A stretch of 64,000 bases of DNA, from the NCBI GenBank assembly GCA_965199715.1, contig OZ241322.1:2144001-2208000 (forward strand), given 5' to 3'. The notes beneath the pieces are model-generated. The model worked only from the letters and a program-made list of their open reading frames with translations, made no database searches and was not told the DNA's origin. This document shows positions 19,946 through 28,328 of the stretch, in pieces (within the stretch, counting starts at the first letter, position 1; each line of letters opens with the position of its first letter). The position numbers and the translations under genes were made by a program. The DNA comes from Vicinamibacteria bacterium (lineage in GTDB: Bacteria > Acidobacteriota > Vicinamibacteria > Marinacidobacterales > Marinacidobacteraceae).

Positions 19946-21228
19946 CGAGCTCCCAGCAGCCAGTCCGGCAGGAAGAGGCTCGTCCACGGGAGGAACGTGA
20001 CGAGCGCCAGCACCACGAGCAGCGCGCCGATGAAGAACACGTTGACGCGCATCACCTCCGAGATCGTGGTCTTCGCGATCGAGCAGGTCGTGATGAGCAC
20101 CGACGCCACCGGCGGCGTCTGCTGGCCGACCGCGAGGCTGACCGTGACCATCATCCCGAAGTGTACCGGCCCGATGCCGGCGCTCTCGGCGAGCGGAAGC
20201 AGGATCGGGACGAGCAGCACCACCGCGGCGGCGCTGTGGAGGATCGTCCCCGCGAGAAGCAGGATCGCGTCGAGGAAGATCGCGACCTGCCAGTCGGCGG
20301 TCACGTGCGAAAGCACCCAGCCGGTGAGCCGCTCGGGGGCCTGCTGGTTCGCCAGATACCAGCCCAGCACGGCCGATCCGGCGACCAGCACCATGACGAC
20401 GGCGGTCTGCCGGGCCGACTCGGTGAGCGCTTCGGCGAGGTCGCCCCGGGTGAGCGCCCGGTAGAGGATCGCGCCCATCAGCAGCGCGAGGAGCGCGGCC
20501 ACGGCGGCGGCTTCGGTGGCGGTGAACCAGCCGAGGAAGATGCCGCCGAGGATCAGGATCGGGATCACGAGCGGCCACGCCGCCTGGCGCAGCGCGCGGG
20601 CGGCGCGCCCGCCGTCGAACGGGACCGACTCGCCGAAGCCGCCCCGGGTCGCGAGCGCCCGGCTGACCAGCATGATGAGGACGCCGGCGAGGACGCCGGG
20701 CACGAATCCGGCGAGGAAGAGCCGGGCGATGGAGGCGCCGGTGACCGCGCCGTAGAGGATCATCGGGATCGACGGCGGGATCAGGATGGCGATGGTCGCC
20801 GACGAGGACAGCACCGCGGCGGCGAACGGCGACGGGTAGCCGCGCTCCTTCATCGCCGGGATGAGCACGCTCCCGAGCGCCGCCGCGTCCGCGACCGCCG
20901 ACCCGGACATCTCCGAGAACAGCATGCTGGAGGTCGTCGTGGTCATCGCCAGCCCGCCCCGCAGCCAGCCCACGATCGAGCTCGCGAACTCGGTGAGGCG
21001 GTGCGAGATCCCCGCCCGGTTCATGAGCGTCCCGGCGAGGATGAACAGCGGCACCGCGACCAGCGGGAACGAGTCGGTGCCGTTGAACAGGCGCAGCGGC
21101 ACGACGATCAGCGGCGTGTCGGTGGTGCACGCGATCGCGAGCAGCGACGCTCCGATGAGGACGTAGCCGATGGGCATGCCGGTGAGCAGCAGCCCGGCGG
21201 CGGCGAACGCCGCGATCAGAATTTCCAC
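19942..21228 (-). CDS. dctM: TRAP transporter large permease
   Basis: AVPLFILAG, SGSAVADAAA, LIPPSIPMILY, FTATEAA, TPPV. Confidence 0.92.
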   Translation of the reverse strand: MEILIAAFAAAGLLLTGMPIGYVLIGASLLAIACTTDTPLIVVPLRLFNGTDSFPLVAVPLFILAGTLMNRAGISHRLTEFASSIVGWLRGGLAMTTTTSSMLFSEMSGSAVADAAALGSVLIPAMKERGYPSPFAAAVLSSSATIAILIPPSIPMILYGAVTGASIARLFLAGFVPGVLAGVLIMLVSRALATRGGFGESVPFDGGRAARALRQAAWPLVIPILILGGIFLGWFTATEAAAVAALLALLMGAILYRALTRGDLAEALTESARQTAVVMVLVAGSAVLGWYLANQQAPERLTGWVLSHVTADWQVAIFLDAILLLAGTILHSAAAVVLLVPILLPLAESAGIGPVHFGMMVTVSLAVGQQTPPVASVLITTCSIAKTTISEVMRVNVFFIGALLVVLALVTFLPWTSLFLPDWLLGAR

Positions 21229-21680
21229 GGCCGCTCCCGCAGCGCCGCGCCGAGGCGGCGGACCTCGATGGCCGCGGTCAGGATCGCCGACAGCGGCAAG
21301 ACGAGGTAGAAGACCCCCATCGGGACCGGCATCGTGATCGCCCGTTCGCCGAGGAACCGCAGCGCCAGCGCCGCCCCGTACCAGGCGAGCGCGAGCTGCA
21401 GGGCGAGCATCGCCGCGTGCTCGGCGATCCGGCCGATCCGCCGGGCGCGCGAAGAGGCGCGGTCCAGCAGCTCGCGGATGCCGATGTGGGCGCGGTCGCG
21501 CCGGGCCAGCACCGCGCCGAGGAAGGTGAGCCACACGAGCAGGAAGCCCGCGAGCTCGTCGTAGAAGCCGACCCCGCCGCCGAACCCGTAGCGCAGCGCC
21601 ACCTCGATGAGGCAGACGACGAGGATCGCCGCGAGAATCAGCGAGCAGGCGCCGGCGAGGACATCCCGCCGGCCGCTCAC
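21216..21680 (-). CDS. dctQ: TRAP transporter small permease
   Basis: 4 TM; ELAGFLLVWLTFLGA...AHI; lies between dctP and dctM. Confidence 0.85.
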   Translation of the reverse strand: MSGRRDVLAGACSLILAAILVVCLIEVALRYGFGGGVGFYDELAGFLLVWLTFLGAVLARRDRAHIGIRELLDRASSRARRIGRIAEHAAMLALQLALAWYGAALALRFLGERAITMPVPMGVFYLVLPLSAILTAAIEVRRLGAALRERPWKF

Positions 21681-22645
21681 TCGGCCAGCCTCCGGATCTC
21701 GTCGATCCACCGGGCGCCGAACCGCTCGCGGTAGTGGGCGAACACCGGCTCGGACGCCGTCCGGAACGCGGCCCGATCCACCTCGTTCACTTCAAGCTGG
21801 CCCGACAGTTCGTCCAGCAGGCGCGCGTCCTCCCCCTCGAGAAACTCGCGCATCCAGATCCCGGTCTCCTCGGCGGCTTCGAACAGCCCGCCGCGAACGT
21901 CGTCGGGCAATCCCCGGAGGAACGCGGTGCGCATCACCGGGTACGTCGGCGTGTACACGTGGTTCGAAAGCGACAGATAGCGCTGCACCTCGTGGAACCG
22001 GGCCGCCGTGAGCTGCGCCAGCGGATTCTCCTGGCCGTCCACGACCCCCTGCCGCAGCGCCGAGAACACTTCGCCGAAGCTCATCGAGGCCGGGCTCGCG
22101 CCGAGCGTGGAGAACAGCCGCACGCGCTCCGGATCCTTCGGCGTGCGCAGCCGGACGCCCGCGAGATCCGCGGGCGCCACCACCGGGCGCACGTTGTTCG
22201 TGATGACCCGGAACCCGTTCTCCCAATACGCCAGCAGCGTGATCCCGTGCGCCTCCTCCAGCCCCGACGCGAGCGTCCGGCCGATCTCGCTGTCGATCAC
22301 CCGCTCGAAGTGCTCCCGGTCGCGAATCAGGAACGGCAGGTCGAACACGCCGAACTCGGGCGCGACCGAGTGGAGCACCGACGAGGGCAGGTGCATCTCC
22401 AGCGTGCCGAGCCGGAGCCCCTCCAGCATCTCCTTGTCCTCGCCGAGCTGCGCGGTTCCGAAGACGCGGATCTCGACCCGCCCGGGGAAGCGCGCCTCGA
22501 CCAGTTCCTTGAAGCGGTTCGCGCCGTGGTCGAAGGGCGATCCGGGGAAGCCGATGTGCCCGAGCCGGATGACCGTGGGCCCCTCGTCGCCGGCGGGGCC
22601 GCATCCGAGGACCGCGGCGAGCAGCAGGGCGGCGGCGAGCCTCAT
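21677..22645 (-). CDS. dctP: TRAP substrate-binding protein (lipoprotein)
   Basis: LGC lipobox, ENGFR, GVRLRT, EVFSALRQGVVDGQENP. Confidence 0.92.
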   Translation of the reverse strand: MRLAAALLLAAVLGCGPAGDEGPTVIRLGHIGFPGSPFDHGANRFKELVEARFPGRVEIRVFGTAQLGEDKEMLEGLRLGTLEMHLPSSVLHSVAPEFGVFDLPFLIRDREHFERVIDSEIGRTLASGLEEAHGITLLAYWENGFRVITNNVRPVVAPADLAGVRLRTPKDPERVRLFSTLGASPASMSFGEVFSALRQGVVDGQENPLAQLTAARFHEVQRYLSLSNHVYTPTYPVMRTAFLRGLPDDVRGGLFEAAEETGIWMREFLEGEDARLLDELSGQLEVNEVDRAAFRTASEPVFAHYRERFGARWIDEIRRLAE

Positions 22646-22695
22646 GGGGGCGGATTGAACCACGGATGGGCGGCCTACAATCGTCCCGCCTCACG

Positions 22696-23574
22696 ATGCA
22701 ACTGGCTCTCGACGTTTCGGGCAGGGCGCCGCCGCCGTACACGCGCCAACTGCTCAAGTGGATCGGCAACAAGCAGCGATTCGCGCCGGAGATCATTTCC
22801 TGCTTCCCGACCCGGTTCGGCACGTACCACGAGCCGTTTCTCGGCGCGGGCGGCGTGCTTGCGGTGCTTGCGCCGCGCCGGGCCGAGGCGGCCGACAGCT
22901 TCGAGCCGCTCGTGGGCGTCTGGCGCGCGCTCAAGGACGATCCGGAGAGGCTCAAGCGGTGGTACCGGGAGCGCTGGGAAGGGGCGCAGCGCACGGACCG
23001 GGTCGCGCAGTACGAACGCATCCGGGCGCGCTACAACGCGTCGCCGAACTCGGCGGACCTTCTCTTCCTGAGCCGCTCCGCCTACGGCGGCGTGATGCGG
23101 TTCCGCCAAGGCGACGGCCACATGTCCACGCCCTGCGGCGTCCACGCGCCGATGCACCCCCGCAAGTTCGACCTGCGCGTGGACGAATGGCGGGGCCGGG
23201 TGCGGGGGACCGCCTTCTTCCACCGTGAGTACGAGGAGTCCATCGACCGGGCGCGCCCCGGCGACGTCGTCTATTGCGATCCCCCGTACTCGCACAGCCA
23301 GGCGATCCTCTACGGCGCCCAGTCGTTCCAGGTGGAACATCTGCTCCGGGTGATCGAGCGCGCCAAGCGGCGCGGCGCGTTCGTGGCGCTGAGCCTCAAC
23401 GGGTGGACGAAATCCGGCGACCGGACGTGCGCCTACTCGATCCCGAAACGGCTGTTCGACCGGGAGGTTCCGGTGCGGTGCGGCAGATCGATGCTGAGGC
23501 GCTTCCAGATGCCGGGTCAGTCGCTCGAGGGCGAGGTCGTCTCGGATCGCCTGCTGTTGACGCACGCCGCCTGA
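22696..23574 (+). CDS. Dam-family (D12 class) N6-adenine DNA methyltransferase
   Basis: LKWIGNKQ, YHEPFLGAG, VYCDPPY. Confidence 0.88.
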   Translation: MQLALDVSGRAPPPYTRQLLKWIGNKQRFAPEIISCFPTRFGTYHEPFLGAGGVLAVLAPRRAEAADSFEPLVGVWRALKDDPERLKRWYRERWEGAQRTDRVAQYERIRARYNASPNSADLLFLSRSAYGGVMRFRQGDGHMSTPCGVHAPMHPRKFDLRVDEWRGRVRGTAFFHREYEESIDRARPGDVVYCDPPYSHSQAILYGAQSFQVEHLLRVIERAKRRGAFVALSLNGWTKSGDRTCAYSIPKRLFDREVPVRCGRSMLRRFQMPGQSLEGEVVSDRLLLTHAA

Positions 23575-24386
23575 CCACTGCCTCGCGTCCGGTACTCGTC
23601 CGCCCATTCGCCGGCGAGCCTTGGGATTTCCGCGACGACCCGCCGTCCGACGAGGACTTCGTCCACGTATCCCATGTGCAGCGCGTCGCACAGTCGGCAC
23701 AGGTGCGGCTTCCCCTGCTTCCACCACGTTTCGTACCCGTCCACCATGAAGTAGTGGCGGACCCGGACGCCCTCGTTCCGCCGCAGTTCGTCGATCTCCA
23801 TCCCGTCGAGCAGCGTCTCGAAGACGCCGCCGGACACCCGGCTTCCGAACGTGGTCGTGAAGTAGTGCTCCTTGATCTCCCAGATCGCGATCGGATCGAC
23901 CCCGGAGGGGAAGGCGCCGTCAGCGCGTCTCGAGAACGTGCGCAGCGGCTTTCCGCGGCGCGTGATCCGGGTCAGCCTTCGGGGGTCGAAGTCGCACGGC
24001 AGGTCGCCGATCGTTCGCTCGATCGTCATGTTGACGAACGCGGTCAGGCACGCGACGACCCGCTTCTCCCCGCGCTGCTTGTTGAGGGGGATCGGGCAGG
24101 TCGGCTGGAACGTCCCGCGCACTTCCTCGAAGAGATGCCGGGCCTCGCTTGCCGTCATGAGGTTCGGAGCGGCCTCCTCCGTCAGAAGGCGGGCGCGCTG
24201 CCAGAGGTAATCCAGAACGTCCTCACTCGCCTCGCCCGGCTTCAGATTCAGGCGCTGGAACGCGGCTGCGACGTCGCCCGGCGAAGGAACGACGATCGAG
24301 TCGCCGGAGCCGACCGTTTCGCTGAGCGTCCGGACCGTCGCCCAGAAGGAGCCCGGCCGGTTGCGAAAGCGCTCGACGGGCCTCAT
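23517..24386 (-). CDS. Putative PD-(D/E)XK restriction endonuclease
   Basis: ADG...WEIK nuclease-like motif; convergent with and overlapping the methylase. Confidence 0.55.
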   Translation of the reverse strand: MRPVERFRNRPGSFWATVRTLSETVGSGDSIVVPSPGDVAAAFQRLNLKPGEASEDVLDYLWQRARLLTEEAAPNLMTASEARHLFEEVRGTFQPTCPIPLNKQRGEKRVVACLTAFVNMTIERTIGDLPCDFDPRRLTRITRRGKPLRTFSRRADGAFPSGVDPIAIWEIKEHYFTTTFGSRVSGGVFETLLDGMEIDELRRNEGVRVRHYFMVDGYETWWKQGKPHLCRLCDALHMGYVDEVLVGRRVVAEIPRLAGEWADEYRTRGSGQAACVNSRRSETTSPSSD

Positions 24387-24393
24387 CCAGCGG

Positions 24394-26394
24394 CTACTCG
24401 GTCGCGTACTCCCAGAGCCGGAGCGCGTGCCGGGTCAGCGCCGGCAGGTCCTCGCCGAGGAGATAGCCCTCGTCGATGAGCCGCAGCGCCGCCTCGGTGA
24501 ACCGCCCGAGATAGTCCTCCCGGCTCGCGTACCGCTCGGCGATGGACCGGCGGGGATCGCCGGCCGCTTCCCGTTCGGCCGCGTCCTTCGGGAACGGGAC
24601 GAACGAGCCGACCATGCTGGAGAGCTCGTCCGGGGGGCCCGACTCCTCGTTGAAGAGGTTCCACCCGGTGTAGGTCGCGAGCGGAACCTCGATCTCCGGG
24701 AGCCGGACGCCCGAGGTCTCGTTTCCGTCGGCGTCCACCGCCGAGACGCGGATCGGGAACCGCCGTCCGATCTTGGGCGGCTCCTCGGTCACGATCCCCC
24801 GGGTCAGGAAGTCGGGGCCGTAGTCGGCCCGGTAGGCGTAGTGGACCCGATCCGACGTGCTCACTCCCGGGATTTCGGGGAAGCCGAGTTCCTCGGCGGC
24901 GACCGCCGTTCCCTCCTCCACGCTCGGATACCGGCTCTCGGGAGGCATGCCGCCGCCCCGCGCCCAATCGTCGAGCGCCAGCAGCAGCGCCCGCTGGCCC
25001 CAGCGGAAGTTGTTCGGGTTCGCGAGCTGCTGGCCGAGCGTGACCCCCGGCGGGAACCCGGACGGCCCGTGCTGGGTGCCGGCGTACATGTACACCCGCA
25101 CGTGATCCGGGATCCGGGCGTCCTCGCCGGCGTCGATCGTGGTGTGGACGAGGCTCGCGGCCCGGCCCCAGTACTCGTAGGACGAGTTCGTGTAGAAGAC
25201 CCGCGGGTAGAAGCGTTCCTCCTGCCGGGTGAGCAAGCCGGCGGTCATCCCGGTGTCGGGGTCGGTCTGCTCGACGTCGGTGAACGGGAAGATGTCCGTC
25301 GGGTGGAACTGGTTGAGGTAGGGGTGGGCGTCCCGAGAGGCTTGGGCGAACCGATGGTTGAAGCTGCCGCGCCCGCCCCCGGCCACGTCCGAGAGCACGC
25401 CGTCGAACACGCGGCGGTCGCGCTCGTCCCGGTTGAACCCGTAGAAGAGGAAGGTCCGGAGGAAGCGCCCGCTCTGCGAGATGCCGAACCCGAGCGAGGC
25501 GTCGATGTCTCCCGCGCCGATACCGAGCTCCTCCGATCCGTCGTGGCGCAGCAGCGTCACGAAGTCGCGGATCCCCGCCGGGCCGAGCCCCACGAGCGGC
25601 GGATCGGCGGACCGATAGACCACTTCGTAGATGCGGTGCGGCTGGAACCCGCCCTCGATCCAGACCGATCCGCCGTCCTCGCCGAACCCCCACTGATCCC
25701 TCGGGATCACCTCGCGCTCGTCCTCCACGCGCCGCCGGACGGTCAGCACGTGCGCCGGATCGTCCGGGTCATGCACCTTGTAGGGACGGTGGTTGCGGTC
25801 GGCGAGCGTATGGCTCGGAGTCTCGCGGGTCACGACGAAGTCGGCCCGCATGGGGCCGGTGATGGACGACCCGTCCGGGTTCCTCGCGATCGGCGTCGTC
25901 ATCCGCATCCGCAGCGGGTCGTCGTCGGGGACGTCCCACTGCCAGCCCAGCCACAGCAGGGTGAAGCCGTGCCGCATCAGGAAGCCGTCCCCGAAGTGCT
26001 CCTCGGAGGCCGGCGCGAGGCTTCCCGCCGCCATGTTGAAGTAAGAGAGCAGCCCCTTGCGCCCCCGGTTGTTCACCTCCAGCAGCAGCGTGCCCCGGCC
26101 CTTCTCCATGACCAGCGGACGCAGCAGGTGGAAGTCGGCGGACATCTCGACCCGTCCGTCCGCCCCGGTCGGGGCGAGGTCGATGTCCGCGATGATCCGG
26201 TTCGCCGGATTCGCCGGGTCGAACGCGAAGTGGACCGTGCCCACGATGCGTTCGTAGCCGCCAGCGAGTCCGAAGGCCCGCCCGCCGAGCACTTCCGAGC
26301 GCTCGGCGATCTCGAAACGGACGACCTCCGCGGCCGCGGGAGCGGCGAGCAGCGCGAGCGCCAGCGCGATCCTGATTCTTGTGAGCGTCATCAT
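24394..26394 (-). CDS. Exported alpha/beta-hydrolase domain protein (ABhydrolase_10-like)
   Basis: Signal peptide; EVNNRG, GWQWD, nucleophile-like GISQSGRFLR, EYWGRAASL, DADGNE..GVRLP, YTGWN. Confidence 0.8.
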   Translation of the reverse strand: MMTLTRIRIALALALLAAPAAAEVVRFEIAERSEVLGGRAFGLAGGYERIVGTVHFAFDPANPANRIIADIDLAPTGADGRVEMSADFHLLRPLVMEKGRGTLLLEVNNRGRKGLLSYFNMAAGSLAPASEEHFGDGFLMRHGFTLLWLGWQWDVPDDDPLRMRMTTPIARNPDGSSITGPMRADFVVTRETPSHTLADRNHRPYKVHDPDDPAHVLTVRRRVEDEREVIPRDQWGFGEDGGSVWIEGGFQPHRIYEVVYRSADPPLVGLGPAGIRDFVTLLRHDGSEELGIGAGDIDASLGFGISQSGRFLRTFLFYGFNRDERDRRVFDGVLSDVAGGGRGSFNHRFAQASRDAHPYLNQFHPTDIFPFTDVEQTDPDTGMTAGLLTRQEERFYPRVFYTNSSYEYWGRAASLVHTTIDAGEDARIPDHVRVYMYAGTQHGPSGFPPGVTLGQQLANPNNFRWGQRALLLALDDWARGGGMPPESRYPSVEEGTAVAAEELGFPEIPGVSTSDRVHYAYRADYGPDFLTRGIVTEEPPKIGRRFPIRVSAVDADGNETSGVRLPEIEVPLATYTGWNLFNEESGPPDELSSMVGSFVPFPKDAAEREAAGDPRRSIAERYASREDYLGRFTEAALRLIDEGYLLGEDLPALTRHALRLWEYATE

Positions 26395-26984
26395 GCCTCC
26401 CCGCCGTGCGCCAGCGCCGCGGTCGCCCGAGTGCGGATGTTTCCGCCGGGGCGTTTTGACAGGAAGACCTTGGACTCCCTGTTCTCGATTGGATTCGCCT
26501 CGTACTTGATCACGTCGAAGCGCAGACGGGTGAGCGTCGCCCGCATTTCGTAGTAGCGGTTCTTGGTCTTGACCACGATCTCCCGGAAGCCCTTCTCGAC
26601 CGCCCAGTCCTCGACGTGCTCGGAAAGCGCCCGGAAGTGGCCCTGCCCGCGCCAGTCGCTGCGGGTGCCGCCAAGCCAGGCGTACAGGATGCGCTGCCCG
26701 GCGAAGCGCACCGCCCCGTCGAGGCCGTCCACCAGCTCGGCGAGCTTCGGGTCTTCCTCGCGGGCTTCGATCTCGTGGACGACCCGGTAGGAGACCGGGA
26801 CCAGCTGGCTCGGATCCTCGGGCAGCGGCGCCTCGACCATGAAGATGCCGTGCTCGCGTCCGGCGAGCCGGCTGCGGATCTCCCAGGCGTCCTTCTTCCG
26901 GTCGAACTCGCCGAAGAACTCCTCGATGAACTGGATCTCGAGGGCGCCGCGCTCCAGCGGGTACTGGCGAATCCGGTGCTCCAC
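26391..26984 (-). CDS. GNAT-family acetyltransferase
   Basis: YAWLGGTRSDWRGQGH acetyl-CoA motif, KTKNRY. Confidence 0.7.
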   Translation of the reverse strand: MEHRIRQYPLERGALEIQFIEEFFGEFDRKKDAWEIRSRLAGREHGIFMVEAPLPEDPSQLVPVSYRVVHEIEAREEDPKLAELVDGLDGAVRFAGQRILYAWLGGTRSDWRGQGHFRALSEHVEDWAVEKGFREIVVKTKNRYYEMRATLTRLRFDVIKYEANPIENRESKVFLSKRPGGNIRTRATAALAHGGEA

Positions 26985-26988
26985 CGGG

Positions 26989-28257
26989 TCAGCTTCCGAA
27001 CGGCCGGAGGCGGGCGCGGGCGCCGAGATCCTCCTCGATGCGCAGCAGCTCGTTGTACTTCGCGACCCGCTCGCCCCGGCACGGAGCGCCCGACTTGATC
27101 TGCCCCGCGCCGGTCGCGACCGCGAGGTGCGCGATCGTCGCGTCGCCGGTGTCTCCCGAGCGGTGGCTGAGCATCGCCCCGAAGCCCGCGGCCGCCGCCC
27201 GGCGGACGACCGCGAGCGTCTCGCTGAGGGTGCCCACCTGGTTCGGCTTCACGAGCACTGCGTTCGCCGCCCGTTCCTGGATCCCCCGCTCCAGCCGGTC
27301 GAGCTGGGTCACGAAGAGGTCGTCGCCGACGAGCTGCGCCTCGCCGCCGAGCGCCGCCGAGAGCTGCGTCCACCCCTCCCAGTCGTCCTGGTCGAGCCCG
27401 TCCTCGATCGACAGGATCGGCCAGCGCCCGACCCAGTCGCGATAGAGGTCGATCATGTCCGACGCGCTCCGCTCGGACCCGCCGTAGCGGTACGCGCCGT
27501 CCCGGTGGAACTCGCTCGCCGCGACGTCCAGTGCGAGCCCGACGTCCTCGCCGGGCCGCAGTCCGGCGGCCTCGACCGCCTCGACCAGCAGGTCGAGCGC
27601 CGCCTCCGCCGAATCGATCCGCGGCGCGAAGCCCCCCTCGTCGCCGACCCCGGTCCCCAGACCCCGATCCCGGAGCCGGTCGCCGAGCGCGTGGTGGACC
27701 CGGACTCCCGCCTCGAGCGCGTCCGAAAAGCGCGAGAACCCGAGCGGCGCGACCATGAATTCCTGCACCTCGAGGCCGTTGTCGGCGTGCGCCCCGCCGT
27801 TCAGCACGTTCAGGAACGGGATCGGGAGCGCGTCGGCCACGACCCCGCCGAGCCAGCGGTACAGCGGAACGTCCGCCGCGTCCGCCGCGGCGCGCGCGTT
27901 CGCGAGCGAGACTGCGAGGATCGCGTTCGCGCCGAGGCCCGACCGGTCCGGCGTTCCGTCCAGCTCGACGAGCAGCGCGTCGATCACGTCCTGGTCGCCG
28001 GCGTCCTCCCCGACGAGCTCCGCCGCGATCCGGTCCCGCACCGACTCCACCGCGCTCCGGACCCCGCGCCCCCGGTAGCGGTCGGGGTCGCGATCGCGCC
28101 GTTCGACCGCCTCGTGCCGCCCGGTCGAGGCCCCGGCGGGGGCCGCCGCCCGTCCGACGGCGCCGCCGACGAGGCGCACCTCGGCCTCGATCGTCGGGTT
28201 CCCCCGCGAATCCAGAATCTCGCGCGCGAGCACGTCGTCGATGAACCGCTCCTGCAT
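26989..28257 (-). CDS. eno: Enolase
   Basis: AREILDSRGNPT, GASTG, GDEGG, LDVAASE, IEDG, VGDDL, KPNQ, SHRSG, RVAKYN. Confidence 0.95.
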   Translation of the reverse strand: MQERFIDDVLAREILDSRGNPTIEAEVRLVGGAVGRAAAPAGASTGRHEAVERRDRDPDRYRGRGVRSAVESVRDRIAAELVGEDAGDQDVIDALLVELDGTPDRSGLGANAILAVSLANARAAADAADVPLYRWLGGVVADALPIPFLNVLNGGAHADNGLEVQEFMVAPLGFSRFSDALEAGVRVHHALGDRLRDRGLGTGVGDEGGFAPRIDSAEAALDLLVEAVEAAGLRPGEDVGLALDVAASEFHRDGAYRYGGSERSASDMIDLYRDWVGRWPILSIEDGLDQDDWEGWTQLSAALGGEAQLVGDDLFVTQLDRLERGIQERAANAVLVKPNQVGTLSETLAVVRRAAAAGFGAMLSHRSGDTGDATIAHLAVATGAGQIKSGAPCRGERVAKYNELLRIEEDLGARARLRPFGS

Positions 28258-28290
28258 GCCGCCGGGCGCAAACGGTATCGCGGGTTGCGG

Positions 28291-28319
28291 TTGACAGGGA
28301 GCCGCCGGCGCGATTCACT
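28291..28319 (+). promoter_or_regulatory. Putative sigma70 promoter (TTGACA-17-TTCACT)
   Basis: Perfect -35 at 28291-28296 with a 17-nt spacer; -10 imperfect; GTG start follows at 28329. Confidence 0.45.
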
Positions 28320-28328
28320 TCCTGTGCT

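Noticed and set aside
28272-28290. Sigma54 -24/-12 promoter (GG...TTGC)
   Set aside because: Spacing is GG-N11-GC, not the required N10.
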